DNA of 64,000 nucleotides from Marsupella aquatica (GCA_973895155.1 OZ316899.1:1883573-1947572); one strand, 5' to 3'; positions 36,638-49,484 are shown, counted from the first letter of the stretch. Notes: generated from the letters alone by a model not told the origin. Program-made: numbers and translations.

Positions 36638-36836
36638 GCAGTCCATAAAAGACTGAAAAAGACTCACCAAACCTACCCACACAAAGACTACAATAGACTG
36701 AAAATCCAGTCTATAAAACGACTTATAAACCAGTTCTATAAAGGACTCAGTTGATTATAGTAACAAAACATACGACTCATAGTCCTATAAAGGACTGGAG
36801 TCCTTCCCAATCGTTTCCAAGTCCTATACGGTACTG
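36638..36836. repeat. CACTA subterminal repeats (AGTCyTATAAArGACT-like, quasi-palindromic)
   Basis: Copies near 36640, 36708, 36731, 36780 and 36820. Related AAAGACTAT motifs at 20440-20490 near the left TIR. Confidence 0.7.
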
Positions 36837-36882
36837 AATAGTTGTTTTATGGGGTCTAAATACCCCCCGGTTTCTACTAGTG

Positions 36883-39263
36883 CCTCAACTTTAGTAACCC
36901 ACATGGGCTTCATCCCCTTGTTAAATACCGAATCGTAAAATTCGTTTAAATTGGACTCCACAAAATAGTGTCTAGAACACCTTCGCTTAAAATTCCCGAC
37001 ATCTCTCTGGAGTCCACAGGAAATAACGTCTCGAGTAGATGATGCTGCTCTGTCCTCACCGGCGCCTCTCTTTTTCTTTTTCTTCGTGCTAGTTGCGTCG
37101 AGAGGGACAATGGATTTGCCAGCACCATCCGGGGTCCCTTGATCCTGGGTTTCTTGAGCTCCAGTGTTTGCCTCCGATGCTTGAGGAGTTGCATCATTCT
37201 TCCCTTCGGCAGCCGGGACCTCCGTGTCGGACTTTTGACCTCCTGTTAGGCACAGAAACTTGAATGAGTCCAACCTTTCAGACTAGCGCCAGGCGCTATT
37301 AATCAAAGGAATTTCCAAATGAAACTCCTGCATAAGCAGCGCCAACAAGTAACCAAAAAGCGCTTAGACTACTCACTTTTCTTGAAGGACCTTGTGGAGT
37401 CACTTGGTGCAGCCGACTCATTCTTCGCCTTTGCTCTTGGCTTACGGCTTCGGTCAACGTGCATGACAAGAGACTCACAATTCTTCTGTAACTCAGATGC
37501 AGATTCGTCAACATCAGACTGGAGACCTTGCTTCATTGCAGACACATAGTTGGCAGGGATCTGGGACTTCTGCAACTTCATGAAGGCATCCTTCTCAGCT
37601 TCGTCGAACGGTAAATCCCATTTGTCTGTGTCGAGGTACCACGGACAGTGAAGTCTCTCCCACTCCGACAATGAACGTGGTGGAAACTTTCCCTCCGCTG
37701 GGTACATCGAATAAAGGTCGGCAAGAGCGTTTCCCTCTTTGATAGACACCCATTTCTGAAATGCAGCCGGGTATGCCCACAGAGTGTCAGGAGATCTAAG
37801 CTCCATCCACATGTAAAACCGGTATAGATATCGTTTGGCTCTCTTCCGGTTCCGCTCTATGTAATCTTCCTTGTCCGCATATTTGGAAGGCCACAAGTTG
37901 TTGAAGAATTTTGCCTTGACAAGATCCCCAAAGTTTCTGAATTCATCAAGAATGATCTTAAGCATGGCCTCCATTGACTCACACCCAGACTTTGTGAGAC
38001 GGTCAGCCGGCATCCGGTCAGAAATCTGTTTGAAAGAAGTGTGAAGCATTCCAGTTGCAATTCCCTCCACAGAATTCCAAGTATGCCATGTATGGCACCA
38101 CTGCTTCACAGGCTCATCGTTGACACTTGCAGGATGGAAAAACTGTTTCCGAATCTCGGGAGTGCAGTGGGCTACTAGAAGGGTGCACCTCAATTTTGGA
38201 TCCAGGTATGAAACAGCAGTAAACAACCTGGCTCGATCCATTGTGCATACAACTGTGTCTGGCTTCTTCTCCTGTTTGTTCTTCTCAGTTACGGGATACA
38301 TCTCAGCACAGGTTCCCAAATAATCTCCAAAATCCGGATGAAGTAAAGGGGTGATCTTCGTCACTTTGATCGACCAATCTTTGGTCGCCTCCTTCATCAT
38401 TGCCTCATGCCTCTTTGTGGTCTCCTCTTCTGACCAAGAAGCCCCTTGAGCTTTGGCTAAAGCCATATCAGACTTAAATTGATTTGAGTAAGACTTGATT
38501 TTGTCCACACACAAAATGTAGATGAGAGCATCCTGTGGCATTTTATGTGTAAACCAAGACCCCTTTCTCGTCTTCTTTCGGATCGCCTCAAACTTTGCCA
38601 TGTTCGCGCTGTCGATGAGTGACTTATAGTGATCAAGATCACGCGACAGAATTCGGGAAATTTTGTCCGCGTCAAGAATCTAGGAAGGCTCGACGACTGC
38701 TTGTCCAAGCCTGGATGCAATGAAAAGGAATTAGTAGCGCCGGGCGCTAGCAAAAATTGGGGAATGAACACTTTCGCAAAGCATGTTTGGTCCAAAATGA
38801 ATGACAGGGGTAACAACAGTTAACGAATAGAACTTACTGGTTCATGGTGTGCATTGCCGCCTCGAGCTCAACTAGCAAACCTCTATCACCATTGAAAATG
38901 ACGCAAATCACACGAGGATGATACTTCAAGTTGTCCGGATTCTCCCTCGTGACGATTGACCACGAGTACAATCGATGATTTCCGTCAAACACACAAAACA
39001 TTTTATCTTTTAGAATATGGAATGTTGGGTCCGCATCACACTCTTCCTCAAACTTGTCGTTCTCTGCGACCCAGATTGGATCCCAAGAGTCCCGGATCTC
39101 GCTGGTGCATATCTGAGAAACGCCATCGGCATTCGCAGGCTGAACGTAGAAAGGCATCCCAATGCGCGAGTTGTACCCGGTGACACGGAATGATTCTTTC
39201 AACTTCTCGATCGATGCACTTTCTTTGTGTAAGGTTTGAACAACCTCCATGGGGAGCAATCTA
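36883..39263 (-). pseudogene. Middle exons of the ParB-MTase fusion gene, including the ParB/Sulfiredoxin-like domain
   Basis: 38838-39263 has LLPMEVVQTL...IEKLKESFRVTGY...FYV...MFCVFDGNHRLYSW (DGNHR at 38972-38986). Introns 38837-38711 (phase 2) and 37376-37243 (phase 1) splice in frame. There is one in-frame TAG near 38680. Confidence 0.75.
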
Positions 39264-41361
39264 TGTAAGTCGTGGGTATTTCCAAAATCATGAAGAAACT
39301 GAAAATTTTTAAATTTTTTAGGGGGTTTAACCTCTAATTGTTGATAACAGAACGGAGATAGCATTCTGTCTACAAGTTACAATCCCCAAGTTTAAAGTAA
39401 GTTTACGAGTAAACTCCAGTTACGAGTTACGAGTTAGTAGTTACGAGTTACGGGGTTGCGACAGTATACTAGTTATGAGTATACTAGTTACGACTTACTA
39501 GTTAGGGCTTTACGAGTTGTGCCTTACGAGTTGGTGACCGATGATCGCGACGTCTTACGGCTACTTCCAACGGGACTTAGCAACGGGATGGCGAACGCGA
39601 ATTGAAGAAAAGGCAAATTAGACTTCGGGTGCTCACTCCTAACTTAATTCCTGCCACCTCTGTTGATTCTACCAGCTTCCCCACTCCTTAGTGCACTCAA
39701 CATAATGGATGAGAGCTATGGCAAACCTCGGCATTGATGAACAGTACCGAGTTGACACTCTGGCAATTCCTAAGAGCATAGTCGCCCGAATTCCACCAGC
39801 GCCCGATAGCTATGCAAATTTACGGACTTCCTTACAGCAGCTAGGTTTGCAGCATCTACTTGTCGTTCCTTGGGAAGTAGAGCTCGACACATATTTGCAG
39901 GATTTTGTAAAGGGGTCAGTGCTTGCTCCTGAATTTCGACGGACTATTCGAGCTCGACCCAGCTTATGGACTGTGGAACAAATTGCTTATGCCTTCCGCT
40001 GCCCTTCAGAAGGAGAAGGATTGTATTCGAAGAAGAAAGATTTATCTACACCTTACTTCTCTGGGACTCGCAATCTCACCAATGGCTGGAATTTAACACA
40101 GTGTATTTATCCAGATTTGAGAGTGCTTCTGGAATTTCTAGTACCCATTTTACACCCGAAGAAGTTAGTTTTTAGAGTAGTGCATCTTATCTGATTTTTA
40201 GAAATGCATTCTAGAGCTTTGGAAGTTGTCATACTTCTTTAGTGTATAGTCTGTACCTAGGAAAACCACCCGACAAAATCTCAGAGTTTTCTGACTTATA
40301 GTTAGGAAGTTAAAAATAGTTGAATTCATCAAGTCTTTACTTTACCGCGATTACGAGTTACGACTTAGCTTTTACTAGTTACTAGTTTCCGATTACGAGT
40401 TCCGATAGACAGCCGATTACGAGTTAATAGTTACTAGTTACGAGTTCATACTTAGCCATTTTTCCGGCTTTTCACTTACTGAATCGCCATTTTAAAATTT
40501 TGAGGGGTATGAAGAGGCATGTCTCTTCGACCCTGTGACCTCTTACTCTGTAGATTTTTACTATAAGACCCCTCCACCACTAGTGTAGATTATGGTAAAG
40601 TTAAGCAATTTTTGCCTTTCCTTGGTGTTCTGCCAGTTGATCATGAATGTTAAGAGTTCGAGATCAAGCTTGACACCAGGAGAAGACTTTCCTCCTTCTT
40701 GTGGTTTAATCCTTTGAATAAATCATGGGAAGTAAAATTCCAGTTGTGTAAATCTTATGAGATCTGATGACAGATTCCTCTTTGGTGACTCATTACAATC
40801 TCCTGGGTTCTTCGAGTTAACTCACTGAGTTTAAGTCTTATTTGAAATTGATGGATTTTCTTTCATGTTACTTAGTACCATCTAAATGTTGAAGTAGCTA
40901 CCTTTTAGATCTTATCTGAGTACCACTTAGAAAGAAAGGATAAGACATGTTGACGGCATTTTAAAAGGTACTCTAGTAAGCAATTTAGATCTGAAAAGCA
41001 ATATGGATTTGTATCCTTAAGTCTTTTCATTTTGACTTATGTCTAAGGAGTAACCTTGGTCTATTCCAGACTCCCTTAGCATACTTTGAGGTATTTTCCT
41101 TGTGTTTTGTTAATCATTCCCTTTTCATTAATTTATTGTTACATGATGCTGAGTTGTCATTAAAAACCACTCACCGCTGTGGAGCGATCTTCAAAATACC
41201 TTAGTAAAGTAATCAATCCTGATTACTATGTGTTAAAGAGAGTTCTTAAACTCTCATTTGTGTTTTTATGTATCAAATCAACCCCATCTTGTTCTTTACG
41301 GGAACGAATACCGAGTTTGAAGACCTATAAATGTGTTTTTAGTTCTTCATAGCAAACTACA
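39264..41361 (+). repeat. 5' LTR (2098 bp; lacks 1980 bp present in the 3' LTR)
   Basis: Matches 49487-50387 and 61964-63160 with about ten substitutions seen by eye, all transitions. The junction is at 40164/40165. TTACGAG/TTACTAG short repeats at 39410-39530 and 40350-40445. Confidence 0.95.
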
Positions 41362-41370
41362 TGAGATTTT

Positions 41371-41388
41371 TGGCGCCGCTGCCGGGGA
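41371..41388 (+). promoter_or_regulatory. Primer-binding site, tRNA-Asp type
   Basis: TGGCGCCGCTGCCGGGGA, 9 nt after the LTR end. One mismatch from the TGGCGCCGTTGCCGGGGA PBS typical of Athila. Confidence 0.85.
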
Positions 41389-41453
41389 ACAAATCAAGGT
41401 TGATATGAAGTACAGGCAGGGAATGCCAAATGAAGGATTGAATTTGTAAGGTT

Positions 41454-42551
41454 TTGGAACAAAACACATTGATAATTGTTATCATGGACCCCACTGGAGA
41501 ATGGGCCATTCCAAGGCTAGAGATTCGACCTTACACGGTGGAAAATGCACCAGTTGTATTTAGGGAAAGAGTTGAAGAAGAAAACCTCTCCATAATCCTG
41601 GAAAGAAGGAAGAAGGCTAAGGCCAAGAGAGAAAGATTAAGTGGTGCTTAGAAGAGGAAGAGGGGGTATTCTCAAGTTATGGTAAGGAAAAGCCGACCTC
41701 AAAAGAAAGAAAGAGCTCAGATTAAATTGAGGGAAAGACAAACTTATGTTGTCAAAAGTACTTGTCAAGGAGGAAGAGCAAAAATTTTAAAGAGGACAGA
41801 GGGAAGTTATTATTGGAGTTTAGGCCTGTTTGAGGTAAACTCATTTGATACAAATGTATTCCTTAATAGCCTCCTGATTTTTAAGAGTTGTGAAAATGGG
41901 AAATTACATCTGGAGGAAGGAACCTGGGATGAATATTTTGACCAAGTTACCATTCCAGAAATATTAAGTCACACCTGTATAGAGGAGGAAGTTTTGGAGG
42001 GTAAAATTGAGCAAGAATTGGATAAGGCACTGGAGATTTTGAAGAACAATCCTAGATGGAGGGAAAATCTAGACCAAGCTCTTAATGAGTTTTATCAAAA
42101 TTCAAATGTCTTATTGGATTTGGAGAAACCGGTAATGACCCCTAATAGAAGAGCATTAATAGGGTCACTAAAGTGGCTTAATAAAGAAGGATGGATCCTT
42201 GTTAAAAGAAGGCACAGTTCATTTAGAGAATCTTCATTTAAATGGATTAAGGATCTACCCTCCTCCTGCAAAGTGGTGAATTTGGTGGTGTTGAAGAGAA
42301 AAGGTTTGGAAGGATTCAAGCTCCAACCTATACCGGAGGAATTTGACCTTGATTTTCTGTTAAGGAAGCATAAGCAAGAATATTTATTTTTGACCAAGGA
42401 AGAGGAAGGGGGAATTGAAAATAAATTAAATATGTTACAACTACTTGAATTCCCTTGGACTGATCATATTGACAGCATTGAGAATGCAGTGAATAATTAT
42501 GAACCAATGGTTCAATTAAGGATGATAGAGGAATATTTGATAGATTTTTAA
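41454..42551 (+). pseudogene. Extra ORF upstream of gag, unknown function
   Basis: ORFs 41454-41651 and 41679-42551 are in the same frame, separated by one TAG. They lie between the PBS and gag. No recognised motif. Confidence 0.55.
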
Positions 42552-43296
42552 CACTAAGTAATTATAGATGAAGTAACTCCAAATGCCACCTATCAGATCA
42601 TTAGGGTCCCTTAGAGTGAGAAATTTACATAATAGGTATGTACAAACTTGGGTGTTATCTCTAAGAGGGAGAAGAGGGATGCATTGGCTATCTATTACTT
42701 GGTGGGAAGGAGTAAATCTACATTTGGTTATTTTAAGGCTAAATGGAAGAATTACCAGGGAGGAATATGTAGTGATTTCTATACAAGACTTAGCTAGAAC
42801 ATTGATGCAAAGACAAAATAGGGGACTCAGATAAAGTAAGGTTAGCCAAGCATTGAGAAATCAAAAGTGGACGGGGTACTTTGCTATTAAGGAATCACCG
42901 AGATACAAGGGGATAAGGCATTGCGGGTTAACCCTTACGAGTTACGAGTAAGCGTCGTGACGATTACTACTTTACGAGTTACAGTCGACTCTACGAGTTT
43001 ACGAGTATAGGAGTTCATGCGCTTACGGGTATATGTGTTGACGAGTATACGGGACACAAAGAAGAGTCGCACCCCGTCAACAATTCTATGAAACAACGCG
43101 ACCATTGCGGACGCCGGATGCAGAGAGGTGTCAACCGAAGGGGCATACGGGCCATGGATCGAGCAAACCTGGAAGGGCATGGAGTAGAGACACGACAAAA
43201 TGATGTGAACATTGAAGTTGTCTCTTGAGAAGGAGGACCTTCAAGCAATCACACCCGCCAACTCTCTTCCAAAGAGAATGCCTTTCAGAATGAGGA

Positions 43297-46200
43297 ATGA
43301 CTGACAAAGGGAAGCGCAATTGGAAGTCACGACGCGAAGAAAAATCAGCATCAGAATCATCGCAAGAGTTGCTTAAGCCTCAAGAATTACTCCAAGATTT
43401 CCAATCACCCGATTTTCCATCACCTGGGAGTGTAGCGGAAAGAGTTACGCTCATCCAACAAAGTGCATCAGAAGGAACTGTGAATAAACCTGCAACCAGT
43501 CGACCAGTGGTGTATAAATTACGTTCGAGAGATGTGCAATATGTACCGGTAAAAGCAAAGAAGAAGGGAGAAGATATTGTCAAATCATTGAGTAGATCAA
43601 GAAGTCTGGGTGAATATGAAGGCACACCCTCATTTCAAACCATTGGTATTAATGATTCCGGAACTTCACGACATGGAAGTGTAATCAAAGGGGAAACCCA
43701 ACGAACTAACTCTCTGACTTTGGATTATGATTCCCTTACTCCTTTGCAGACTAACTCTGGTGAAGCATTCGGATTAGAAGAACTACCCCCTCTCACAACC
43801 AAACTTTATTCCAAGCTGATTGGGTTAGGAAATTTCAGTGGCAATACCAGTGCTGCAAGTTCAACCAGCACTACTATTTCACTAATTTCTCATTTACCTC
43901 TGACATCCCAAGGGTCAATTCTGAGCACAGGATCCCAACAGACTGGTGGATCGGCCAGGGTTAACCCAGTACCTACTCCAATAAGAAGAATTCAAATGGC
44001 CAGGAATAATATTCGCTATGACACCTTCAAAGGGACATCTAAAGAAGATGGTGAGACATTTTTAAAGGAATTTGAAGCTGCGGCTACCTCCAATGGACAA
44101 ACTGAAGACGCTGAGAAGGCCACCATTTTTGGAGGATTATTAAAGAAAAATGCCCAGAAATGGTATGACAGATTTCCAGATAAAAATGATTGGGGGAAAA
44201 CTAAAACAGCCTTTCTAGACAAATATAAAGAGGATGGAGTTGAAGCAAGGGCCTTTGCAAGGATTTCTCACCTAACTATGAAGAAACATGGTTCAGTGAG
44301 GAAATATGCAGACAAGTTACTTGATCTGGTGGATAAGTATAATCCTAACACGGCAAAATCTACCACACGAGATTGGTTTATCAATGGATTACCATCCCGT
44401 ATTGCAAGGTACGTAAGAAGGGAAGGTGGTACCACTTTTGAGGAGGCACAAGAAGCCGCCCAAAAATATGTAGACTCAGAGGTTTCAGAGAAGAAACGAG
44501 TAAAGAAGGATCTAAAGAAAAATAAAAGGAAAGATAAAAAGAAAAAGAAAAAGAAGTCTAAGTCCTCCTCAAGCTCTGAAACTGATGGAAGTGACACCAC
44601 CAGTACTGAAGAAACGAGTAGTGACTCGAGTTCTAGTAGCAGTACCAGTTCTGATTCAAGTTCTGAGGAGGTGGATGCTGCTAAGAAGAAAAGAATGCAT
44701 AAAAGTACAGTCCCTCAAAAAGCTAAAAATCTGGATAAAATGATGGATTCCTTAACTAGTAAATTAACTAAGCTCTCTGTTAATGCTGCTGTGCTTAAAC
44801 CACCTCGGAAAATTCCTCCCACTATTCGAAATAATGTTTGGTGTACCCGTTGTAATAACCAAGGGCATTATCATCATGAGTGCCCCACTTTACAGCGTGC
44901 TGTAAATTTTGGAGAGGAAGCAGAAATCATGGATTATGGAGATATATATGCAGTTCAAGCACCATTTGCGGGACAATATTTTCCACCCCCTACAGCTCCT
45001 ACCACTTGGGCTCAACCAAAAGCACCCAGACCGTCTTCTTTTAATCGGCCAACACCACGACCACCAATGGGACCACCCGGAGGATATCCGCCCAGAGGGG
45101 TACCAAGAGAACGAGGTACTTGCTACAATTGTGGCCAATTAGGACATTACTCACCAGACTGTCCGTATCCAAAGAGAGAAGTGGGATATACTCCCATTTG
45201 CGGAAATTGTGGAAAGGAAGGTCACCTCCCTGTGGAATGCCCGAACCCACCTAAGCCTAAGATGATGGTGAGATTTGCTAAGGAACCTGTGAAGGAAGCT
45301 CCCCGACCAGAGGAAGTCAGGATGATATACAGTCAAGAAGATACCGACCAGTGTGGACGTGTAACTATTGAAACAAGTGCAGAGGAAGAAACAGAAGTGC
45401 ATAATATCTACACCCAACCATTGTCAGGAACCATTGTAGATATCGACTTAGAACACTTGGTGCAAGAAAATGTCATTGGGATGCCTAATAAACGAATTCA
45501 GGAAAGAGACCAAATTCTGGAAACTTATGCTACCACAAGGTCTAAGTCTCATCAAGGGAAGAAGCATAAGGATGAGGACCCCAAGAGTAAGAAATCATCC
45601 AAGAGGAAGGGCAAGTCAAGAATTCCAGCGGAAGAAGGTATTCCTAAGGAGGATGACCCAGCTTACGACAGGTATGATCCAAAATATTTTCAACCAGACA
45701 TATCAGAAGAAATTAAGGCTCAGTTACACGAGTTAATTGAGGAAATACCCGTTGCAGTGGAAAAGGAAGCTAATCTTAAAGAAGGAAAGAACTCTGACCA
45801 AACAGTTAATGCACCAATAACCACTAAGCCAGAAGGTTACAATATTGTAGAAGTAGTGAAGAATCAACCGGCAAATATTACAGTTGGGGAATTACTGCAA
45901 GACAACCCTACCTATAAAAAGCAATTAAGAACCTTGCTCACCGGCAAAAGGAGGAAAAGAAAGTTACCTTCAGTCGAGGCTATGCGAATTGAATGGGATG
46001 ATAAGGGACCACCAGAGATAGAAGTTCAAATCCTGGGTTGTGTATTATCAGACGTACCAGTTGACGGTGGATCAAGTGTAAATATTATGACAGAAAAGAC
46101 CGCTTTCAATCTTGGATTGACTACATTTGAAAAGACCTTACAAATCCTAAGAATGGCTGACCAGGCAAGAGTTGTACTAGTAGGGAAACTTATTGGTGTT

Positions 46201-46551
46201 GCTACTGTTATTGGAGGTCTAACATTTCTTTTAGATTTTGTGGTCCTTCGACCGGAAGTATCTTCTACTTTTCCTTTACTCTTAGGAAGACCCTGGTTGT
46301 ATAAAGCCAAAGTCAAGGTTGATTGGGAACATCGTCGGATGTCCTTTGGAAAACCAAGAGTCACTATAAGTTGGACAGATGAACCTCATTTGGGAGAAAC
46401 TCAATCTGACGATGGCTATACTTCTGATTTTTCAGACTCTACTTTTATTATTAGAGCTCGTGATTTTAATTCCTTAGAAGTAGGTTATTTGGATATTTTT
46501 GAGACAGAAGAGGACCCAGTCAAAGAGGAAGATACTAATAACACTTCCTGA
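43297..46551 (+). CDS. gag: Gag-protease of the Athila-like element
   Basis: Retrotrans_gag-like core, three CCHC knuckles (CTRCNNQGHYHHEC, CYNCGQLGHYSPDC, CGNCGKEGHLPVEC) and protease motif VPVDGGSSVNIM. Confidence 0.9.
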   Translation: MTDKGKRNWKSRREEKSASESSQELLKPQELLQDFQSPDFPSPGSVAERVTLIQQSASEGTVNKPATSRPVVYKLRSRDVQYVPVKAKKKGEDIVKSLSRSRSLGEYEGTPSFQTIGINDSGTSRHGSVIKGETQRTNSLTLDYDSLTPLQTNSGEAFGLEELPPLTTKLYSKLIGLGNFSGNTSAASSTSTTISLISHLPLTSQGSILSTGSQQTGGSARVNPVPTPIRRIQMARNNIRYDTFKGTSKEDGETFLKEFEAAATSNGQTEDAEKATIFGGLLKKNAQKWYDRFPDKNDWGKTKTAFLDKYKEDGVEARAFARISHLTMKKHGSVRKYADKLLDLVDKYNPNTAKSTTRDWFINGLPSRIARYVRREGGTTFEEAQEAAQKYVDSEVSEKKRVKKDLKKNKRKDKKKKKKKSKSSSSSETDGSDTTSTEETSSDSSSSSSTSSDSSSEEVDAAKKKRMHKSTVPQKAKNLDKMMDSLTSKLTKLSVNAAVLKPPRKIPPTIRNNVWCTRCNNQGHYHHECPTLQRAVNFGEEAEIMDYGDIYAVQAPFAGQYFPPPTAPTTWAQPKAPRPSSFNRPTPRPPMGPPGGYPPRGVPRERGTCYNCGQLGHYSPDCPYPKREVGYTPICGNCGKEGHLPVECPNPPKPKMMVRFAKEPVKEAPRPEEVRMIYSQEDTDQCGRVTIETSAEEETEVHNIYTQPLSGTIVDIDLEHLVQENVIGMPNKRIQERDQILETYATTRSKSHQGKKHKDEDPKSKKSSKRKGKSRIPAEEGIPKEDDPAYDRYDPKYFQPDISEEIKAQLHELIEEIPVAVEKEANLKEGKNSDQTVNAPITTKPEGYNIVEVVKNQPANITVGELLQDNPTYKKQLRTLLTGKRRKRKLPSVEAMRIEWDDKGPPEIEVQILGCVLSDVPVDGGSSVNIMTEKTAFNLGLTTFEKTLQILRMADQARVVLVGKLIGVATVIGGLTFLLDFVVLRPEVSSTFPLLLGRPWLYKAKVKVDWEHRRMSFGKPRVTISWTDEPHLGETQSDDGYTSDFSDSTFIIRARDFNSLEVGYLDIFETEEDPVKEEDTNNTS

Positions 46552-49457
46552 CGCGAGGCCATTGAAGGGGAATCTATCAGAGAAGATGACCCTGAAAATG
46601 ACAAATAGCCACCCAGGGAGGCTGAATTTTCAGACAACACCGACGGTATTGTAGATCCTCGAAAATGTCAAAAGATTGAAATAGAGCTAGGGAAGTTTCT
46701 AAACATTAGTAACCATATTACAGGTGAGTTAAGAGAGAAGTATGTTGACCTGTTGACTCAATACAAGGATGTTTTTGCGTGGAGTCACAAGGATCTTAAA
46801 GGAATACCACCCCATCTGGGTGAACACCGAATTGACTTGATAGAAGGAGCTGTACCAGTAAGACAGAGGCAATACCGCCTAAATCCTAAATACTCTATGT
46901 TGGTTAAAGAAGAGCTGGACAAATTAACAGAAGCGGGATTTATTTATCCTGTGCTTAGTAGTGATTGGGTCTCACCTATCGTCATTGTTCCTAAGAAACC
47001 TGGACCGGATGGGAAGCCTAAGATAAGGGTGTGTCAAGATTTTTGGAAACTTAATGCAGCCACCAGAAAAGATCATTACCCTCTACCTTTTATAGATTTA
47101 GTCCTTGATTTAGTTGCTTCTCATGAATTATATAGTTTCTTGGATGGATACTCTGGCTATAACCAGGTGTCAATCAGAGAGGAAGATCGTGACAAGACTA
47201 CCTTTACCACGGATTGGGGTACCTATGCTTTTCGTGTTATGCCCTTTGGTCTGTGCAATGCCCCTGGTACATTTCAACAAATCATGATGATCATCTTTCA
47301 GGATTTCCTCAGAATTTTTTTAGAGATTTTCATTGATGACTTTTGTGTATATGGAGCGGCCTTGAGACACCTTAACCATTTGCAACTGACGTTTCAAAGA
47401 TGCCGGGAGTCGCAATTATGCTTACATCCTGAGAAATGTTTCATCGGTATGAAGGAAGGTATTCTGCTAGGACATGTTATCTCACAAAGAGGAATCGAAG
47501 TGGATGCGGAGAAAGTTCGGATTATTCTGGCATTACACCCCCCTGGAAATTTGAAGGAGTTGCGAGGCTTCCTAGGCTATGTGGGGTATTATAGACGATT
47601 TATCCGGAAGTATGCTGACCTTGCCATGCCCTTAACTCAGCTCCTCAAGAAGGACACGGAATATGTGTGGACTGCAAACAGGCAAACAGCCTTTGAGGTT
47701 TTAAAAAACAAACTAACTGTTGCGCCCATTCTACAACCGCCGGATTGGCAGAAACCTTTTCATGTATATATTGATGCTTCAGCTTTTTGTGTGGGAGCTG
47801 CCTTAAGTCAACTGGATGATGAGAAGAAAGATCACCCTATATATTACGCCAGTAGGCAAATGAATAATGCTGAAAAAAATTATACGGTCACAGAGAGGGA
47901 GGCCTTAGCAGTCATTTTCTCTTGTAAAAAGTTCCGGCACTATCTTTTGGGTTATAAAACCATTTTCCACACGGATCATTCTTCTTTGAAATACCTAGTG
48001 AATCAGGCAGATTTAAGTGGGCGCATTGCTAGGTGGGTCCTTCTTTTACAAGAATATGATTATGAGGTACAGGTTCGAGCCGAGAAACACCATGAGAATG
48101 CAGACTTCCTATCCCGACTTCCTGGAGATCCTAGTGTTGAACCTTTGTCTGATCAATTTCCGGACGAGCAGCTATGGCATTTGGAGGGAGAAGACTCAAG
48201 GTACTTTGACATTGTTCAGATGCTCACTCATGGACTTTATCCACCAGGCTTGAATGCAGAAGAAAAAGCTGTTTTCCTATACAAAGTCGGACCGTATACT
48301 ATTGTGAGGGGTGTTTTATTTAAATTATTGCCAAATCAGAGACTTCACCGTTGCTTGGAAGCTCAAGAAGTTCCAAAGGTCATCTCAGCCTTACACACTG
48401 AAGCTTCCGGTGGACACTATGCCGTTAATACAACGGTTAAGAAAATTAAGGATGCTGGATTTTGGTGGCCAAGGACACTTATAACTACATTCAAAGCTGT
48501 GACCCTTGTCAACGAATAGGGAAGCCTACTGCAACATCAAAATGGCCTCTAACTCCCATTTTGCCTCTATCTCCGTTTGAAAAATGGGGAATAGACTTTA
48601 TTGGCCCCATTTCCCCTGCTGCTAGACGAAGTAGAAGCAGATATATCATTCTTGCTACAGACTACCTCACCAAATGGGTGGAGGCTAAGCATACTAGGAA
48701 GAATGACGCTGCCACAGCCGCCAATTTCTTATTTGAAAACATTATTACCAGGTATGGCTGCCCCTTGGAATTGGTAAGTGATCGAGGCCTGCACTTCCTT
48801 AATGAGACAATTGAGTTCATTACGGAGAAATATTTGATTAAGCATCGAAAGACCACCCCTTATAACCCCCGAGCTAACGGATTGACTGAAAGAGCTAATG
48901 GGTTAATGGGAAAAATATTGAATAAAATGGTGGAAGCACATAAAACGGATTGGGACATCAAACTCCACTCTGCTTTATGGGCTTACAGAACCGCAGAAAA
49001 GATTACTACCTTGTGAACCCCGTTCTACTTAACTTTTGGTATGCATAGTGTTACCCCCATTGAATTTGAACTACCTACTGAACGGATTCTGATCTCTGAG
49101 AGGGTTCCTGAACTTGATAGTTTCCACACTAGGTTGGAAATTCTGGATGAATTAGAAGAACATAGACTTCTAGCTTTACAGCATACCATTCAACAGCAGG
49201 ATAAACGGAAGATGTCCTATGATAAGAAGTTAAAAATACCGACACTACAGCCAGGAGATTTGGCTCTTGTGTATGACTCTAGGTATATGTTTTTCCCTGG
49301 GAAGCTGCACACTCATTGGATCGGCCCTTACAAAGTTGTTACTATATGGCCAAATGGATCCTTATCTTTGGAAACCTTGGATGGAGAACCCCTAGCAACA
49401 CGCATTAATGGTTCCAGGGTGAAGAAATATTATTTACCGCATTCTGAAGGCTTGTGA
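46552..49457 (+). pseudogene. pol: Pol (RT, RNase H, integrase) of the Athila-like element, disrupted
   Basis: RT (KDHYPLPFID, FLDGYSGYNQ, MPFGLCNAP, FIDDF), RNase H (IDASAF, EREALAV, TDHSSL) and integrase (WGIDFIGP, VSDRGLHF, NGLTERAN, HWIGPY). In frame with gag across two stops, with a frameshift near 48470-48500 and a TGA at 49014-49016. Confidence 0.93.
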
Positions 49458-49473
49458 GGGCACGGCGCCGTTT

Positions 49474-49484
49474 GAGGAGAGGGC
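49474..49484 (+). promoter_or_regulatory. Polypurine tract
   Basis: GAGGAGAGGGC immediately 5' of the 3' LTR start (49487). Confidence 0.8.

Larger units (their letters stand above)
20335..36882 (+). mobile_element. CACTA (En/Spm) DNA transposon, 16548 bp
   Basis: TIRs CACTAGTAGAAACCGGGG..ATTTAGACC (20335) and GGTCTAAAT..CCCCGGTTTCTACTAGTG (ending 36882). 3-bp TSD CCT at 20332-20334 and 36883-36885. Internal CACTA transposase. Excision restores the host reading frame WVTKVEA|WGKELVKS. Confidence 0.97.

Noticed and set aside
36824-36882. C-terminal LVETGGYLDPIKQLFSTV of ORF 36824-37273
   Set aside because: It is translated CACTA TIR. The real continuation is at 20334.
19238-39263. Bacterial restriction-modification or plasmid partition locus (contaminant) suggested by the ParB and N6/N4-MTase motifs
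   Set aside because: The gene has frame-preserving GT-AG introns and is interrupted by plant CACTA and Gypsy elements, so it is eukaryotic genomic DNA.
39264-39364. N-terminus MLSPFCYQQLEV... of ORF 38834-39364, and ORF 49405-49587
   Set aside because: This is antisense read-through of the Gypsy LTR. The true upstream ParB exon sequence is at 63161 and beyond.
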